From the human T2T-CHM13v2.0 reference genome, Homo sapiens, in assembly GCF_009914755.1 (NCBI RefSeq), contig NC_060939.1: a DNA stretch of 64,000 bases; one strand, written 5' to 3'. Positions 1-14,688 of the stretch are shown in pieces. The notes beneath the pieces were generated by a model. That model worked only from the letters and a program-made list of their open reading frames with translations, had not been told where the DNA came from and made no database searches. The stretch's first letter is position 1, and every line of letters begins with the position of its first letter. The translations under genes were made by a program, and so were the position numbers.

Positions 1-1284
1 ACTAAGGTGTGAGTGGCTGGTAGGCAAACTTTTTTTTTTTTTTCAACTTTAAAGTAGAACATGCCATAATTCTCAGAATTGCAGGATGAAGAAATGGCAG
101 TTCCGAGAAAGGCTGGTGGCAGAGGGCAGGGTTCTCTCAGCATCTCTGACTCCAGCCTAGAAAAACAATGAACATGTCATAAGGAGCTTTAAGCCCTGGG
201 TGAGGGAAGGAGCCCTGGCCAGGCCGGGCTGGGTGAGCTCTGAGTCACTTAGCGGGAGCCTGAAGTGGCAGGGCTGCTTAAGCACCCGGGCCTGCCTGAC
301 TCCATGCTGTGGGGCTGGAGGCGGCACACTGGGCAAGCTTCTTTAGGACCAGTAGCTCCCCTCTGCTGTCTTATTCTAGTGCCTGTAAGATAACCATTCA
401 AGTGCTTTATTAAGCATCCTGTCCCTCCATTTTCTCACTTGTAAAATGAGGATGATAATAACAACAAACATATCCTTAATGGTGAGGGTTAAATGAGATA
501 CTTTACCCCTGCCAGGGTCTAGCACGGGGAAGGGGATGGGGACGCTTGTTATGGAACACTGGGCAGGGCCCTCAGGGTGGGAGCTGGGCAGTCACTGTCC
601 AGCTATGTGTAAGGCATGGTCTAAGCTGCCCATCACTGGGATCGCGCAGTCCTTGCTGGAACCTTGGCCCTCTGTGCCTGGTATCTCAGTCCTCACAGCA
701 TGTGGGTTTCTTTAGAGCTGTGTTAGTGAGAGCAGGCCCTTCAGTTTAGAAAGGAGGATGCCAGGGGAAGGAAGGGAGCAACAGTAGGCTACATGGAGAG
801 TTGGGGGCTGAGCTGGATGTGGGTATCTTTCCTCCACCAACCAGACTGTAAGCTCCTTGAGGGCGCAGATCATTTTGTAGATTGTTGCATTGTGTAAGTT
901 GGCAGAGTTTGGGAACAGAGGCTCAGGGAGGTTGGGAGACTGGCTCAGAGCCATACAGCAAGCAGAGCAGCGTGGACCCACCTAGGGTTGCAACCCAAGG
1001 TGGATCCACACTGCTTACCCACCTGCCACTCGGTAGCACCTGTGCCTGCCGTTTGCCCATTTCCGGGGTCCGTTGGGGTTGGTGCTGTCTGGTGTTATCG
1101 TCAGTGCCTACTGAAGCTGGGAGAGGAGTGTGTGTGTGTGGTGTCATTTCCTGCTGTTTTCTTGATTACAGGGACCAAGTGTGTTCTCGTCCAACAACAC
1201 CCTCATCTAACAGACTCTGAGAGTTCCGTGTTCCAGGGTGTGTGGTTCAGTCCATTCAGTGTGTTCTGAGTCCCTGTAGCTGTG

Positions 1285-1470
1285 GTGGGCTGAAGAGCAT
1301 GGGCTCTGCACCAGTGGGCCCTGCAATCAAGCCCTGAGTCGGCCATCTATTAGTTGTGTGACCTTGGGAGAGCCACTCAGCTGCTTTGTCCCTCAGTTTT
1401 CTCACTTGTAAAATGGGGTTGATAATAACAACATATCCCTAGTGGTGAGGGTTAAATGAGATGATGCCTG
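1285..1470 (+). mobile_element. MIR SINE fragment
   Basis: MIR core: tgtgtgaccttggg...cctcagttttctcacttgtaaaatgggg...gagggttaaatgagat. Confidence 0.8.
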
Positions 1471-1519
1471 TGAGTCAGCCAAGGCCTGTCACACTGCATG
1501 TGGTGGGTGTGGCCATCAC

Positions 1520-1900
1520 AGTGTTCCAGGCACTGTGCATAGGGCTAGGGGCACAGAGATAAAAGTTACATTGTTTCTGCCCTCAAGGTATTCACAGATA
1601 GGTAAAGACACAAACAATAACAAGAGGCGGTCCAGAGGAAGAAGGGATTAGTGATCAACTCTCAACTCTTGGCGTGGTAGGGAGGTAGCTGGGGAAGGCT
1701 TCCTGGAAGAGGCGATGTCTTTTAAAAAATGAATGGAAGTCAGAAAGACAGGATTTGGAGCATTCCAGGTATAGCAGATGCAAAGACCTGGAGGTGTGAA
1801 AAGAACTTGATGTTGAGAAACCAAAGGAGTTTCGAGGGACTGGGAAGCAAAGCTCCAGATGTTGGTGGGAGAAAAGATGGGCAGAGACCAGGACCTGGGA
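1520..1900 (-). mobile_element. L2 LINE fragment (approximate bounds)
   Basis: Typical L2 motifs: tgttccaggcactgtg...ctgccctcaagg...gaaggcttcctggaagaggcgatg...cattccagg...gcaaagacctggag. Confidence 0.6.
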
Positions 1901-3198
1901 AAGATTTTTTTAAAAAACTTCTATCCAAACATGCCGAGTGGACATATAAGTGCCAGCTCCGTGAATTTTCACAGACTGATCACACCTGACCAATAGCAGG
2001 GCCTGCGGAAAGTTGCTATCACATGACGATGCTCAAGCCTGTCACGTGAGAGTGCTCATTGCCTGTGGGTCTGGGGTGCTGTATGCAGAGTGGTTTCAAA
2101 GGGAAAGCAGGAGGGCAGGGGATATGTTTTAGCTGAAAAGAACATTTCATTGAGTTTTGGAGAGCAGGAAGGGCATTTCATCTGGGTGAATGGTGCTCTG
2201 AAACAATCAGACTTGAACCTAGCCCGGTCCCTTTGGGTTTAAGAGGTGGCCCTCAGGCATGACCCATGCCCACTCTGCCTATCCCCAGGGGTCAGGCTCC
2301 AGCCTAGAGGCAGTGGACAGGTTGCCAGACTGATACCAATTGTGGCCAGCACCACCCTGCCATTTCCAACTCAGAAATGGGTGGGGGAGAAGGAGCATTC
2401 AGCTCCAGTTCCAAACGGATGGTATTTACTACTCACATCAATCCCTCGCCATGTGTCTTTTTAGCTTTGACCAACCAAAGGGAAAAGAAATGCCTTCCTT
2501 TCCTAACACCTCCTGAGTATCTTACAGAAGGACCCATTCTTCCTGGGCTGGGTAGAGGTGTGAGGGGGGGTCGGCAGGAGTGATGGGGGTGACTAGAGCA
2601 GTCCTGGGGGAACAGACAGCTGAAGGAGGGCCCAGCCAACCTGTGTCTGCCAAGAAGCAATGCGGGATGGTGGGCAGTGTGCCAGAGTGGTTTCTAGGCT
2701 CAGCTGTGCCCTTTTCCTGCCATGTGACCACAGGCAAATTCCTCACCTCTCTAGTCTCAGTTTGCTCAGCTGTATATTGGGTCCACTGGGTCACTGATCT
2801 CAGGGGCTCCTTGGTGCTAATGTGTTCCAGGCTGTAAGTACCAGCTCCCAGGCCTTGGGGTGGGGAGTAGTCAAAGAGCTAGGGCTTCTCTCCTGGGGCA
2901 TCTTAGCTTCTCCCGTCGTTGGCCAAAAGCAAAACTGTGGCATGGAACAAAGTCATGAGGAGGGAGGGGATGGGTGTCTTGGACCTCCACCCCTCCATCC
3001 CAAGGCACTAAAGCTTGGGGGCTGCAGTGGGGATATACTTGCAAAGTCCAGAGAGGGCAACTGACTCATCAGAGGTAACAGAGCTTTTAGACTCCCCATG
3101 GCCTCAGACAAAGGACTTCAGGGCTATTGTGTTTCCTGAGTGTGGGCTTTTGAATGACAAGTCAATGTACTGAACATTTATTATTCAGAACTTACTGC

Positions 3199-3530
3199 AG
3201 CTGGGTGTGGTGGCTTGTGCCTGTAATCCCAGGCTGAGGCAGGAGGATTGCTTGAACCTGGGAGTTTGAGACCAGCCGGGGGCAACATAGCAAGACCCCT
3301 ACCTCTTAAAAAAATTTAAAAATTGGCTGGCCATGGTGGCACACACCTGTAGTCCCAGCCACTGAGGTAGGAGGATCACTTGAGCTCAGGAGTTGGAGGC
3401 TATAGTGAGCTGTGATCGCACCACTGCACTCTGATCCAACCTGAGCAACAGAACAAGACCCTGTCTCTAAAAAAGTAAGAAACATAAAAATTAAAAACAA
3501 AGAAGAATTTATTATAAAAAGGGGGAAAAA
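3199..3530 (+). mobile_element. AluJ-type element with short internal deletions in both arms
   Basis: Alu dimer with J-like ggaggattgcttga/ggaggctatagtgagc and an A-rich tail; degenerate TSD agaacttactgc / agaatctactac. Confidence 0.9.
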
Positions 3531-3559
3531 AGAATCTACTACATGCCAGTGGCAGATGA

Positions 3560-3960
3560 TAGAAAATGGAGAAAGACTGGACCTTCCCCTCTAGGAGCTG
3601 CTGGTCTAGAGGAGAGGCAGACAGCAAACAGACAGTGGTGACTGATCATGCTGAGTGCTGCCCTAGAGATGTGCTCAAAGCAGGGAACTCTGTTGGGGTG
3701 GGGATGGAGTATTCAGGGGGCATTCACCTTCACAGAGAAGGTGATTCTGAGTTGGGTTTTGTAGGATGACTAAGAGTTCACCAAGAGGACAACAGGCTAT
3801 AGATAACCTTTCAAGTAGGAGGAACAGCTTGTGCAAAAGCAAGGAGGCATGCAGTTAATACCATATGTTCTAAGAGTTTGTGGCTAGAAAGTAAATAAGC
3901 GAGAGATGGAGGAATGGGGAAAGATGAATCCAGAGAGGCTGTCCTGAACACTAGAGGAAT
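3560..3960 (-). mobile_element. L2 LINE fragment (approximate bounds)
   Basis: L2-like motifs: ggagctgctggtctagaggagaggcagac...gaaggtgattctgagttggg...aggaacagcttgtgcaaaag. Confidence 0.55.
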
Positions 3961-4078
3961 GAGCTGAAACAGCTGATCATGGTCATGGATACCAGGGAAC
4001 CCTGGGATATACTTGGTCCTGAAGGACCTCATCTGGCTTCTAATACTGGGCCTAGCTCACAGCCAGGGAGTCATTGTG

Positions 4079-4120
4079 GAATGAATGAATGAATGAATGA
4101 ATGAAAATGAATGAATGAAT
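4079..4120 (+). repeat. (GAAT)n microsatellite, typical of L2 tails
   Basis: gaatgaatgaatgaatgaatgaatgaaaatgaatgaatgaat. Confidence 0.9.
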
Positions 4121-4184
4121 TTTTGCCTGGGGTAAAGAGATCCAGAGAGAGCCCTTAAAGACAGAAAGATCATCACACATATTT

Positions 4185-4396
4185 AATGATCACAGCTAAC
4201 ACAGAGTACCTGTGCCAGGTACTCTCTAAGTGCCATAAATATATTTATTCATGGGCTACTCCCAACCACTCTGAGGTAGCCACTTTTATTAGCCATATTA
4301 AAGGAAGAAGTAACAGGCTCAGAGAGGTTAAGTAACTTGCCCAAGGTCACCCAGCAAGAAAGCAATAGAGCTGAGATTGGAACCCAGGCAGTCTGT
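4185..4396 (-). mobile_element. MIR SINE
   Basis: aggctcagagaggttaagtaacttgcccaaggtcacccagc...gagattggaacccaggcagtctg. Confidence 0.85.
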
Positions 4397-6563
4397 TGGG
4401 TTCCTCAGTGTCTGATAAGGCACCCTTGCTGGCCCTGGAAGATTCAGGACACAAACATGATTCTTGAGCTTCTGGGGCTTCTGTGTCCCTGGGTACCTGA
4501 GACTCAGCATGAACAATGATCACCCCAAGCCCCCCAGTGGCTCTGCTCATTGGGTGGTTGCTGAGTGGATAAATGAATGACGAGTGAGATGGCAGGTGGG
4601 TGGGTTTCTGAGGGGAGGCTGCTGGCGAGGCAGGGTGTCGGGTGCCTGTCCAGGGCTGGCTGCAGATGGCCCCTACCCCTCACTATACATTGGCGGCCTG
4701 CATCATCAGGGGAACCGGCAGGTTGTCTGAGGAGACCTTAAATTCCAGAAAATGTACTTGGTTGCGTCCAGCCTAATCACAACCATCTGCCTGCCGGGCT
4801 CTAGGGTCCCCCTCCTCCTATCCCCACTGGCATGCTTTCCCTGGGCGTCTGTAACAATCGGGAACTGCGCTCGAAAGTTTCCTTGTCAGGGTAGAGTGGC
4901 TGTTGCCAAGAGCTACTTCTTTGATGCAGAAAATATATCCTGAAGGCACTTTGTCAGATGTTTTTATATTAAACATTTTTCCTCCATGGCCCTTGGCTGC
5001 CAAGGGAAGCAGAGATGCATTGCTTTCCCAGTTGTCCTTTGTGGAAGGAATTCCTGATATTCATGGCCCGTTTCCCCATGCCCCCCAGTCAGGACCTGGC
5101 ACCCCCTGCCAGAAAGGGTAAGACCTCGGGGCTGGCATCTCTGCAAAGCAGGAGCTGCTCTGGCCCCAGGGAGGGACCCTACCCTCACCATTTGGTAGCA
5201 GTTTCTAGATTTGGAAAAACAGAGGTCTCATGTCTGGAGCGGACATCAAAGCCACCATCCAGACTGCAAGGTGAATCATTGCCAAGACTTTAATTGATCT
5301 TTAAAAGGAGAGATGGGAGCTCACAGATAGGGATCTGGAAGTCATTTTGATCTCTTTGAGTTGTCCAGGGTAGTGCCAGTGCTGGACAGAGCAGGGAGAA
5401 GCTGGGCTGGGAGGCCTTCCATGCCAGGTGGGGAAGAAGGAGGGGAGGCCAGCTCTGTCACATGGGCTGAAATTGGGAGGGGCAGGGCACCATTTGGCTC
5501 CTCAGCAGCCATGGGAGACAGCTAAGGTGAGGGGCTTTGCTGGGCAGATGTCATCAGTGGGGAGCATTGGGAGAGGGGTTGGAGTGGGTACAGCTGTCTG
5601 ACTCCAGCTTCCTTGGAGAAATGAGGTGAAATGGGGCACCCAGCAGGCACCGCTGCAGAACAGGTGGCCATGCTAGCCCCTCAGGGCCTGTGTCCTCCGA
5701 GTGTCCCAGGACTGGTTCTCCCCCACCTGCCACCCCTTCACTTACCTTCCTCAGTCCTCCTGCCCACTGCCTTATGTATGACATTCAGGGGAAATGTCCC
5801 TGGCCCTGCCACCCAGTGGCTGTGTGGTCTGCAAACCACACATCCACTCTGGACCTCAGGTTTGGCCCCTGAGGAGGCTACTGGGCCCGAGGGATGTGCA
5901 GGGTCACTCCCAGGCCCCTTCTCTGCACCTGCCCCCCACCCTGGGATCACTGGGGAGGAGGAGACACTGTTTCCAAAGTGAGGACTCTAGGCTGCTCCCT
6001 GAGGGCAGATGTTGGGAATGAGGCTTGGGGGACTTGGCTCTGAGGGCAGAGTCTGGTGTGTAGTAGGCGTTGGGGTTATGTTTGTGATTCACAGAGGGGT
6101 CCACTGCCCCTTCCCTCTGAGGGTTCAAAATAAAACAGGACAGACTGCACAGAGAGGCCAAGGCATCTCCACACCACCAGACTCTCTCAGCTGGGATTGT
6201 CTGTCTCAGGCCCAGGGAGACTCTGACTGGGGTTGGGGGGCTAGGTGATGAAATCTCTGGGGCTTCCTGTGCTGTTTGACTGAGAGGGAAGCCGAGGAGG
6301 GTGGAGAGAGGGCCCAGGCTCTTAAGTAGGCAGACCCTGTCTCCTGCTACCTGGCTGCCCAGCTGTCTTAGCTGCATTCTCCCTCACAGGGCGAAGGCCA
6401 GAGAGAGCTCAGAGGTTTCCTCTGAGTCTAAAGGTAGCACCACCCCTACCTGGGGGCCAGGAGGCCCAGCTCCTAGTCCTGACTCTGTTCCCTGTTTCTT
6501 GGTGGCCTCAAACTACTTCCACTTGGGCTTGTTCATGTATAAATGGGTCAGTTGGTCCAAATC

Positions 6564-6720
6564 ATTGGTTCTCCACCCTCTTTGCACATCAATCCTGTGA
6601 AGAGTTTTGGAAAAGCTTAGACCCCATTCCAAAAATGGTTGGGGCTAGACTGGGCATTGGGATTTTTTTTTTTTTAAATTCCCCAGGTGACTCTAATGCG
6701 CAGCCTGGGCTAAGAACCCA
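6564..6720. mobile_element. MER5-like hAT-Charlie MITE fragment
   Basis: tggttctc...ttttaaattccccaggtgactctaatgcgcagcctgggctaagaacc. Confidence 0.6.
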
Positions 6721-6878
6721 AATCTAGATGGACCTGGAAGGATCGCAGAGCCCCCAGACTGTCTCCCACTCAAGGCAGGAGTCCTTTCTGTATCAGAGCC
6801 CCTGGCCGGTGCCTGATTACTTCTGGGCATAAGCATACATGGGATAAACAGCCTGTTCTTTTGTGAACTGTGCTGGCT

Positions 6879-7196
<318 letters not shown>

Positions 7197-7650
7197 TAAA
7201 TGCTGTTTCTCCAATAAGTAGTGTGCCAGGGCGGCTGCCAGGGAGGCTGGGGTCAGAGCTGGGTTTGAAGGTGCAAGGTTTCACCAGGCTTAAGCAGGGA
7301 AAGGGCATCCCAGCTTAGGAAACTGTTGGGCAAAGGCAGGAAGATGTGAGGACACTTGTTCTGGGAATGGGGAGTGATTCTGGCAGGGCAGTAAGGAATG
7401 AGCCCCACAGGGAGAGGGCCTTGAATGCCACTTCAGGGAGGGCTGGACTTCTATCTGGTAGGTTAGGGATGGGCATCCCAGAAATCCTTTTAATTGATAC
7501 ACGGATGACTGTGGGCTTAGCGAATGGATTTATATGGCCCCAAAGTGTAGAGTTTTTTTGTTTGTTTAATGTAAACTTTTTACCAATACATAATACATGC
7601 AGAAAAGTGCAGATGTCACATGTGAACAATTTTCACAAAGTGAGCATTCT

Positions 7651-7947
7651 TTTTTTTTTTTAGAGATAGAGTGTTGCTCTTGTTGCCCAGGCTGGAGTGC
7701 AATGGCGCGATCTCCGCTCGCGGTAACCTCCGCCTCCTGGGTTCAAGCAATTCTCCTGCCTCAGCCTCCCCAAGTAGCTGGGATTACAGGCATGCACCAC
7801 CACGCCCAGCTAATTTTGTATTTTTAGTAGAGATGGGGTTTCTCCATGTTGGTCAGGCTGGTCTTAAACTCCCGAACTCAGGTGATCCACCTGCCTTGGC
7901 CTCCCAAAGTGCTGGGATTACTGGCGTGAGCCACACCACGCCTGGCC
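7651..7947 (-). mobile_element. AluSp/Sq
   Basis: ctcttgttgcccaggctggagtgcaatggcg; TSD aaagtgagcattct (7637-7650) / aaagtgagctttct (7948-7961). Confidence 0.95.
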
Positions 7948-8077
7948 AAAGTGAGCTTTCTTGTGTCACTATAGCCCAGATGAAGCAACAGACCATGACC
8001 TCAAAAGCCCCCTCTCATGTCCCCTTTCAGCCACTCCTCACTCCCCAAGTGTACCTCAGCTCTATCCTGACTTCTAA

Positions 8078-8497
<420 letters not shown>

Positions 8498-10464
8498 TCA
8501 TCCATATTGTTGTTGTGTATTGCCGATTGCTCATTCTCACTGCCAGATAATATTCTGTGGGAATGGACTGTGATTCTACTAGTCTAACATATCCATTCTA
8601 TTACTGATGGTTTCCAGTTATTGATAGTGCCCAGCTTTTGGTTTCTACCCATGATGTTACAATCAATACCTTATACCAGCCTTTTTGAGGACACAAGGTC
8701 ATACTTCTCTTGGGTACATACCTGGGAGTGGAATTGCTGAGCTCTACATTATATGTGTGGTCAGCCTTATTAGATACTGTGCCAGACTGTTTTCCAAGAC
8801 CACAGCGTTTTAGTCAGAAGCCCCTCTAGAGGGGATTTGGTTCATTTACCCTCTTACAGATGGGGCCCTGAGAGGGGCAGTGCCTGTGCTTGGTCCCCAG
8901 TTCCCAAGTGGCAGAGCTCGGCCTAGAGCAGGATCTCCCCTCTCTGCGTCCAGGACCTCTGCCCACACGGAGGTGGTGGCCATCCTGCTACTCAGACAAA
9001 ACTGAGTCCTGTCCCCCTGCGTCTCCCTGCATCTCCCTGCATCCCCCGGCACCCCTGAGGCCGGATTTTAAGCTCCATAATGTCCTTTCCTAAGGCCCTG
9101 GGCAGTGCACTCTGGGAAAAACAAAAAGGAGAAAAGAGTGAAAGGAAACTAAACATTGGAAAAGAAGTGTGTTTCCAATAAACTGGGCCTTTCACCGGTA
9201 GCCAAAACATTACATTCCTGTACCCCGGGAGCAGCCGGCCGGGTCTGCCTCTCTGGGCTGTAAATCTTGCTGGGAGTTGGGTCAAGATTGTCCCCAGGAC
9301 ACACAGACGGGCAGTGTCCTTTGGGGCTTTGGATCCTTGGATTTCAGGGTGACAGCGTGGTGTTTTCAGCCGGTTGGCTGGGCCCCAGGCGAGGGGGCGC
9401 CGGGCCCCTCTGACAGCGTGGACTCCCAGGCCCTTCTGAGGGAGCACTGTGTGAGTTACCGTAAGGGATTTTCTTCCCTGGCCCGCCCCCTCCCTTTCTT
9501 GGGTGCTTTGATGGGTTTGAGGTGTTTATAGGCTTGATTCACGACCGAGTTACCAGGGTTTTCCACGGAAATAACTTATTAAAGGGGCCGTGCACACAGC
9601 GACATTGAAGTCTGGAGAGTGGTGTGCATCAAAGGCGGCACCGCGGCCGGGCCAGTCAGCATTTCGCTGAGCCCTCTGCTCCAGACGAGGGCCTGGGCCC
9701 GCAGAAGGGGCGGGGAGGGGGTGGGCCTGGGCTGCAGGAAAAACACTTGGGCTTAAGAAAACACTCGCCAGACAAACTCAAATTCAGGTCCATGGAAAAA
9801 GAAGGTGGGGAGGGAGTTAAAGCCCGAGATCCCAGACCAGCCCTCCGTCAGACCCTCTTGCCCAGATGCGGGGACACATGTGGGTGCCCCGCTGATGCAT
9901 GGTGTGCGGATTCTCTGTTTTCACTCCTGCACCTCTCCTTGGTGCAGGGCTGTTCCTTGGAAGGAAATGCCAAGGATGCGGATTGCCCACTGTCTTTTGA
10001 CAGGGATGGATGGAGGGATAGGCTGGGTCATTGGGGAGAAGTTGGGGTAGAGGGATTTGCTGGTTCCTCTCTTTCTGACAGCTTCTTTTCTTTGATTTTG
10101 TTACATCTGATTTGTCGGTAAGGTTCATGAAAAGCCTTCCTTCTCCAGGAAGCCTTCAGGGATTGCACAGCCCACAGTGGCCTCTCTCTTCTGAACCTTC
10201 AGTGGCTTTCATCTCTATACTGCTCCCTTGTAGTGCATTGAATTTGCATTGAGTTTATCTGCTGGCCCAGTCAGACTGTGAGTGACTTTTGGGCAGGACC
10301 TTGGTCTGCATTTGTGTCTTGAGGTTGTAACCAGGAAACTGGTGGCCCTGGCGCCTAGCATGGCCCACCTCATGCAGGAGGACATGGTGTGGAGTCATTA
10401 CCCATGAGTCAGTCCTGGCTTTTTCATAGTAATAATGACAACAGCAGTAGGAGTAGTAATAACA

Positions 10465-10695
10465 GTGGCTAAAAGATGAGTACAAAACAGATGGCAGACA
10501 CTGTGCTGTTTCTTGTTCCTTAAGCTTATTTAGTCCTACCAACAAGACGAGTTCTATTGTAACTTATCTCCACTTGATAGATGAAAAAACTGAGGCTCAG
10601 AGGGGAGAGGTAATTTGCCCAGTGGCACCAAGCTGGTAAATACAGAGCTGGGGTTTGAACCCAGGCCTGCCTGCCTCCAGAGCTTGTGTCCTTGG
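10465..10695 (-). mobile_element. MIR SINE
   Basis: gatagatgaaaaaactgaggctcagagggg...gagctggggtttgaacccaggcctg. Confidence 0.8.
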
Positions 10696-10949
10696 ATGAG
10701 TCACTTTATTTTCTGGGCCAGAATGGTTGTCACATTCTATCAGTGAGCTCAGAGACTGGGTGGAGAAATGAGAAGCCCTCATGAGGCTGTGTAGAGCTTG
10801 TTGTTTTTGTTTTGGTTTATTAAGATAAAATCAACATACAGTAAAATTTTGTGGAAGTGTATTATTATATGAATTTTTATAATTATGTAACCATTATTGC
10901 ACAATCAAGATAGAGAACATTTCTATTACCCTTAAAAGTTCCTTGGTGA

Positions 10950-11301
<352 letters not shown>

Positions 11302-11722
11302 TCAGCCATCTGATTTCTGTCTCTATAGTTTTGCTTTTTCCAGACCATCTTCCAAATGTAATTATATAGCAAATAGCCCTTTGTACCTTTTTTAAAACTA
11401 GTATACTGCTTTGAGATTCATCCATGTTGTTTCTTGGATGGACATTTGGGTTATTTCCAGTTTTTTTGGCTACAAAGGTTTGTGTTCAGATTTTTGTGTG
11501 AACATGGATTTCAGTTCACTTGAGTAAACGCCTAGGAGTAGGATTGCTGGGTATATGGTTGAAAGTACATATAACTTTACAACAGGCACTGCTTTCCGAA
11601 GTGGTTGTACCATTTTGCAATCCCAACAGCAGTATATGAGAATTCTAGTTACTCCATATCCTCCCCAGCACTTGATATGATCAGTTTGTTTTTATTTGAG
11701 TTATTCTAATCATAAGCGGTAG

Positions 11723-12033
<311 letters not shown>

Positions 12034-12162
12034 TTGTGGTTTTAAATCACCTTCCTAATGATGAATGATGTTGGACATGTTTTCATGTGCTAACTTGCCA
12101 TCTGTATATCTTCTTTGGTGAAGTGTCTGTTCAAATCTTTGCACTTCCCCTCCTCCCCCAAA

Positions 12163-12497
<335 letters not shown>

Positions 12498-14294
12498 TGA
12501 GGGTTCTTTACATATTCTAGTTAGCAGCCATTTAAAATATATGTGTTTTGCAAGTATTTCCTCTCAGTCTGTGTCTTGTCTTTTTTTAAATGAAGTCTTT
12601 TGAAGGTTTTAATTTTGCTGAAATTCAATTTATCAGTTGTTTCTTTTCATGCTTTTTATGTCAGTTATATGAATAATTCTGCCAAACCCAAGGACAGAAA
12701 TTTTTTTTTTATGTTTTCTTCTAGAAGTTTTATAGTTTTAGGTTTTACATTTAGGTTTATAATCCATGTTGAGTTAATTTTTTATAAGGTATAAATATGA
12801 GTCTAGGTTCTTTTTTTTCATATAGAGGTTGTTCTATTATTGTATCATTTGTTGAAACGACTACTCTTTTCTTTTTGAATTAACTTTGTCTAAAATAGTT
12901 GATATATATGTGTGGTTCTCTTTCTGGATTCTTAACTTTGTCCCATGGTCTACGTGTCTATCCTTTTACCAATACTGCACTGTCTTGGTTGCTGTAGCTT
13001 ATTATAGTAAGTTTTGAAATCAGGTCATGTGAGTCTTTTGTCTTTTTCAAAGTTGTTTTGGCTAGTCTAGGCATTTGCATATGTATATAAATTTTAGAAT
13101 TAGCTGTTGATTTCTACAAAAAAGGCCTGCTAGGGTTTTGATTGGGATTGCATTGAATCTGTTGATGAATTTGAGCATCATTGTCATTTTGACAATATTG
13201 GTTCTTATAGTCAATGAACATAATATATCTCTCCATATATTTAGGTCTTTGATTTTTCTCATCAATGATTTGTAGTTTTCAACACACAGATCTTGCACAT
13301 TATTGTTAAACTTGTACTTAGGTAATTCATGTTTCTTGGTGTTATTGTAAATGTTACTTTTAAACATTCTCCAGTTATTTATTGCTAGTGTATAGAAATA
13401 TAATTGATTTTTATATACTGACCATATATGCATAGGACTTTCATGGCTTGGATGCTTGGTGTTGAGTGTGTTTTTTCAGGGGAAGAGTTGTAAAGTGAAG
13501 AATTTATTTATTTCTTCTGGATTCCCAGAAACAAATGTGACACTTTGGGCAAGTTGCCTCAGCCTTTGGGTGTGAGTTTCTTGTCTGTAAAATGGAAGGC
13601 AATGGAGAAAACTGGATTCAAAGACCTGGTGAGGTCCCATCCCGCTTGGGCACTGATGTTCACATAAACTGCAGGATGGGAGATTTGGAGGAGAGCCGAG
13701 TCCTTGTCATGGGGAATCCTTTCCTCATTTTACAGAACTGACAGGGCAGGGCACTTGGCCTGCAGTTGCACAGAGGCTGATGAAAGGACAGGTCTCCTGT
13801 GCCCGAGCTGGGGTCCTGCACCCTGATTTGGACTGGGAAAGGCAACCCAGCATGGTGACTGGGAGGCGACTCCACAGCCGGGAGGGAGGGAGAGGCCGGA
13901 GAGGCGGCCATCAGTGCTTGCAGCCAGGAGGCCCAAGGCTCTTCCGGGAGCTCTGACCCTCAGGAGTGGCCAGTTCACATTTGGCTGTTTTCAGAGTAGA
14001 AAAGCACTGTGCTTGGAAATTCGGGTTTTGGCTGACCTCACCCCGCGGTACTGAGTGTGGAGTTTAAAGGCCTTTGTAACTCTTTGGTTTGGAACTGGGT
14101 TCTGGGCATGGCAAGGGGAAAACACTGGAACGCATTAATGCTCATTCCATTCGCCCTGCCTCTGGGAGAGGGAAGCAACCTCCTCTCCCTTGGTCACTGC
14201 AGACAGCTCGGGAAACTGAAGGGGGAACAGAGCAGGGAGCGGAGGTCGAGGGAGGGGAAGAGCCTTTTTAGTCGGAGAGGCCCTAGCCTGGCAT

Positions 14295-14470
14295 TTATTT
14301 AACAGTGCCAGGAGCTGCTCTAAGTACTTGGCACTACCCTTTAGCTTTGACTTTTATGACACCCTATAAGTTATTTCATTTTACAGATAAAGAAACTGAG
14401 GCTCAGAGAGGTTTCACTTACTTACCAGAGTCACACAGATAGCAAGTGAAAGAGCTGCGATGAGAACCCA
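14295..14470 (-). mobile_element. MIR SINE
   Basis: cattttacagataaagaaactgaggctcagagagg. Confidence 0.8.
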
Positions 14471-14499
14471 ATTTTTCCCCAAACTCAAAAGCTGGTGTG

Positions 14500-14688
14500 A
14501 TGGGAAGTGACTGTTTATTAGGTAGACGGCTTCCATTTAGGATGATGAAAAAGCTCTGGAACTAGATAGGGTGGTGGTTGTACAACATTGTGAATGTACT
14601 TAATGCCACTGAACTATGCACATTAAAACTATGTATGTTAAGTTGGTAAGTTTTATGTTATGTGTATTTTACCATATTTTTAAATAAA
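14500..14688 (+). mobile_element. L1MB-like 3' end
   Basis: gatgatgaaaaagctctggaactagatagggtggtggttgtacaacattgtgaatgtacttaatgccactgaact...ttttatgttatgtgtattttacca. Confidence 0.85.

Noticed and set aside
13062-13433. 123-aa ORF similar to a retroelement protein
   Set aside because: Decayed L1 ORF2 remnant in an Alu-interrupted, truncated element; not a gene.
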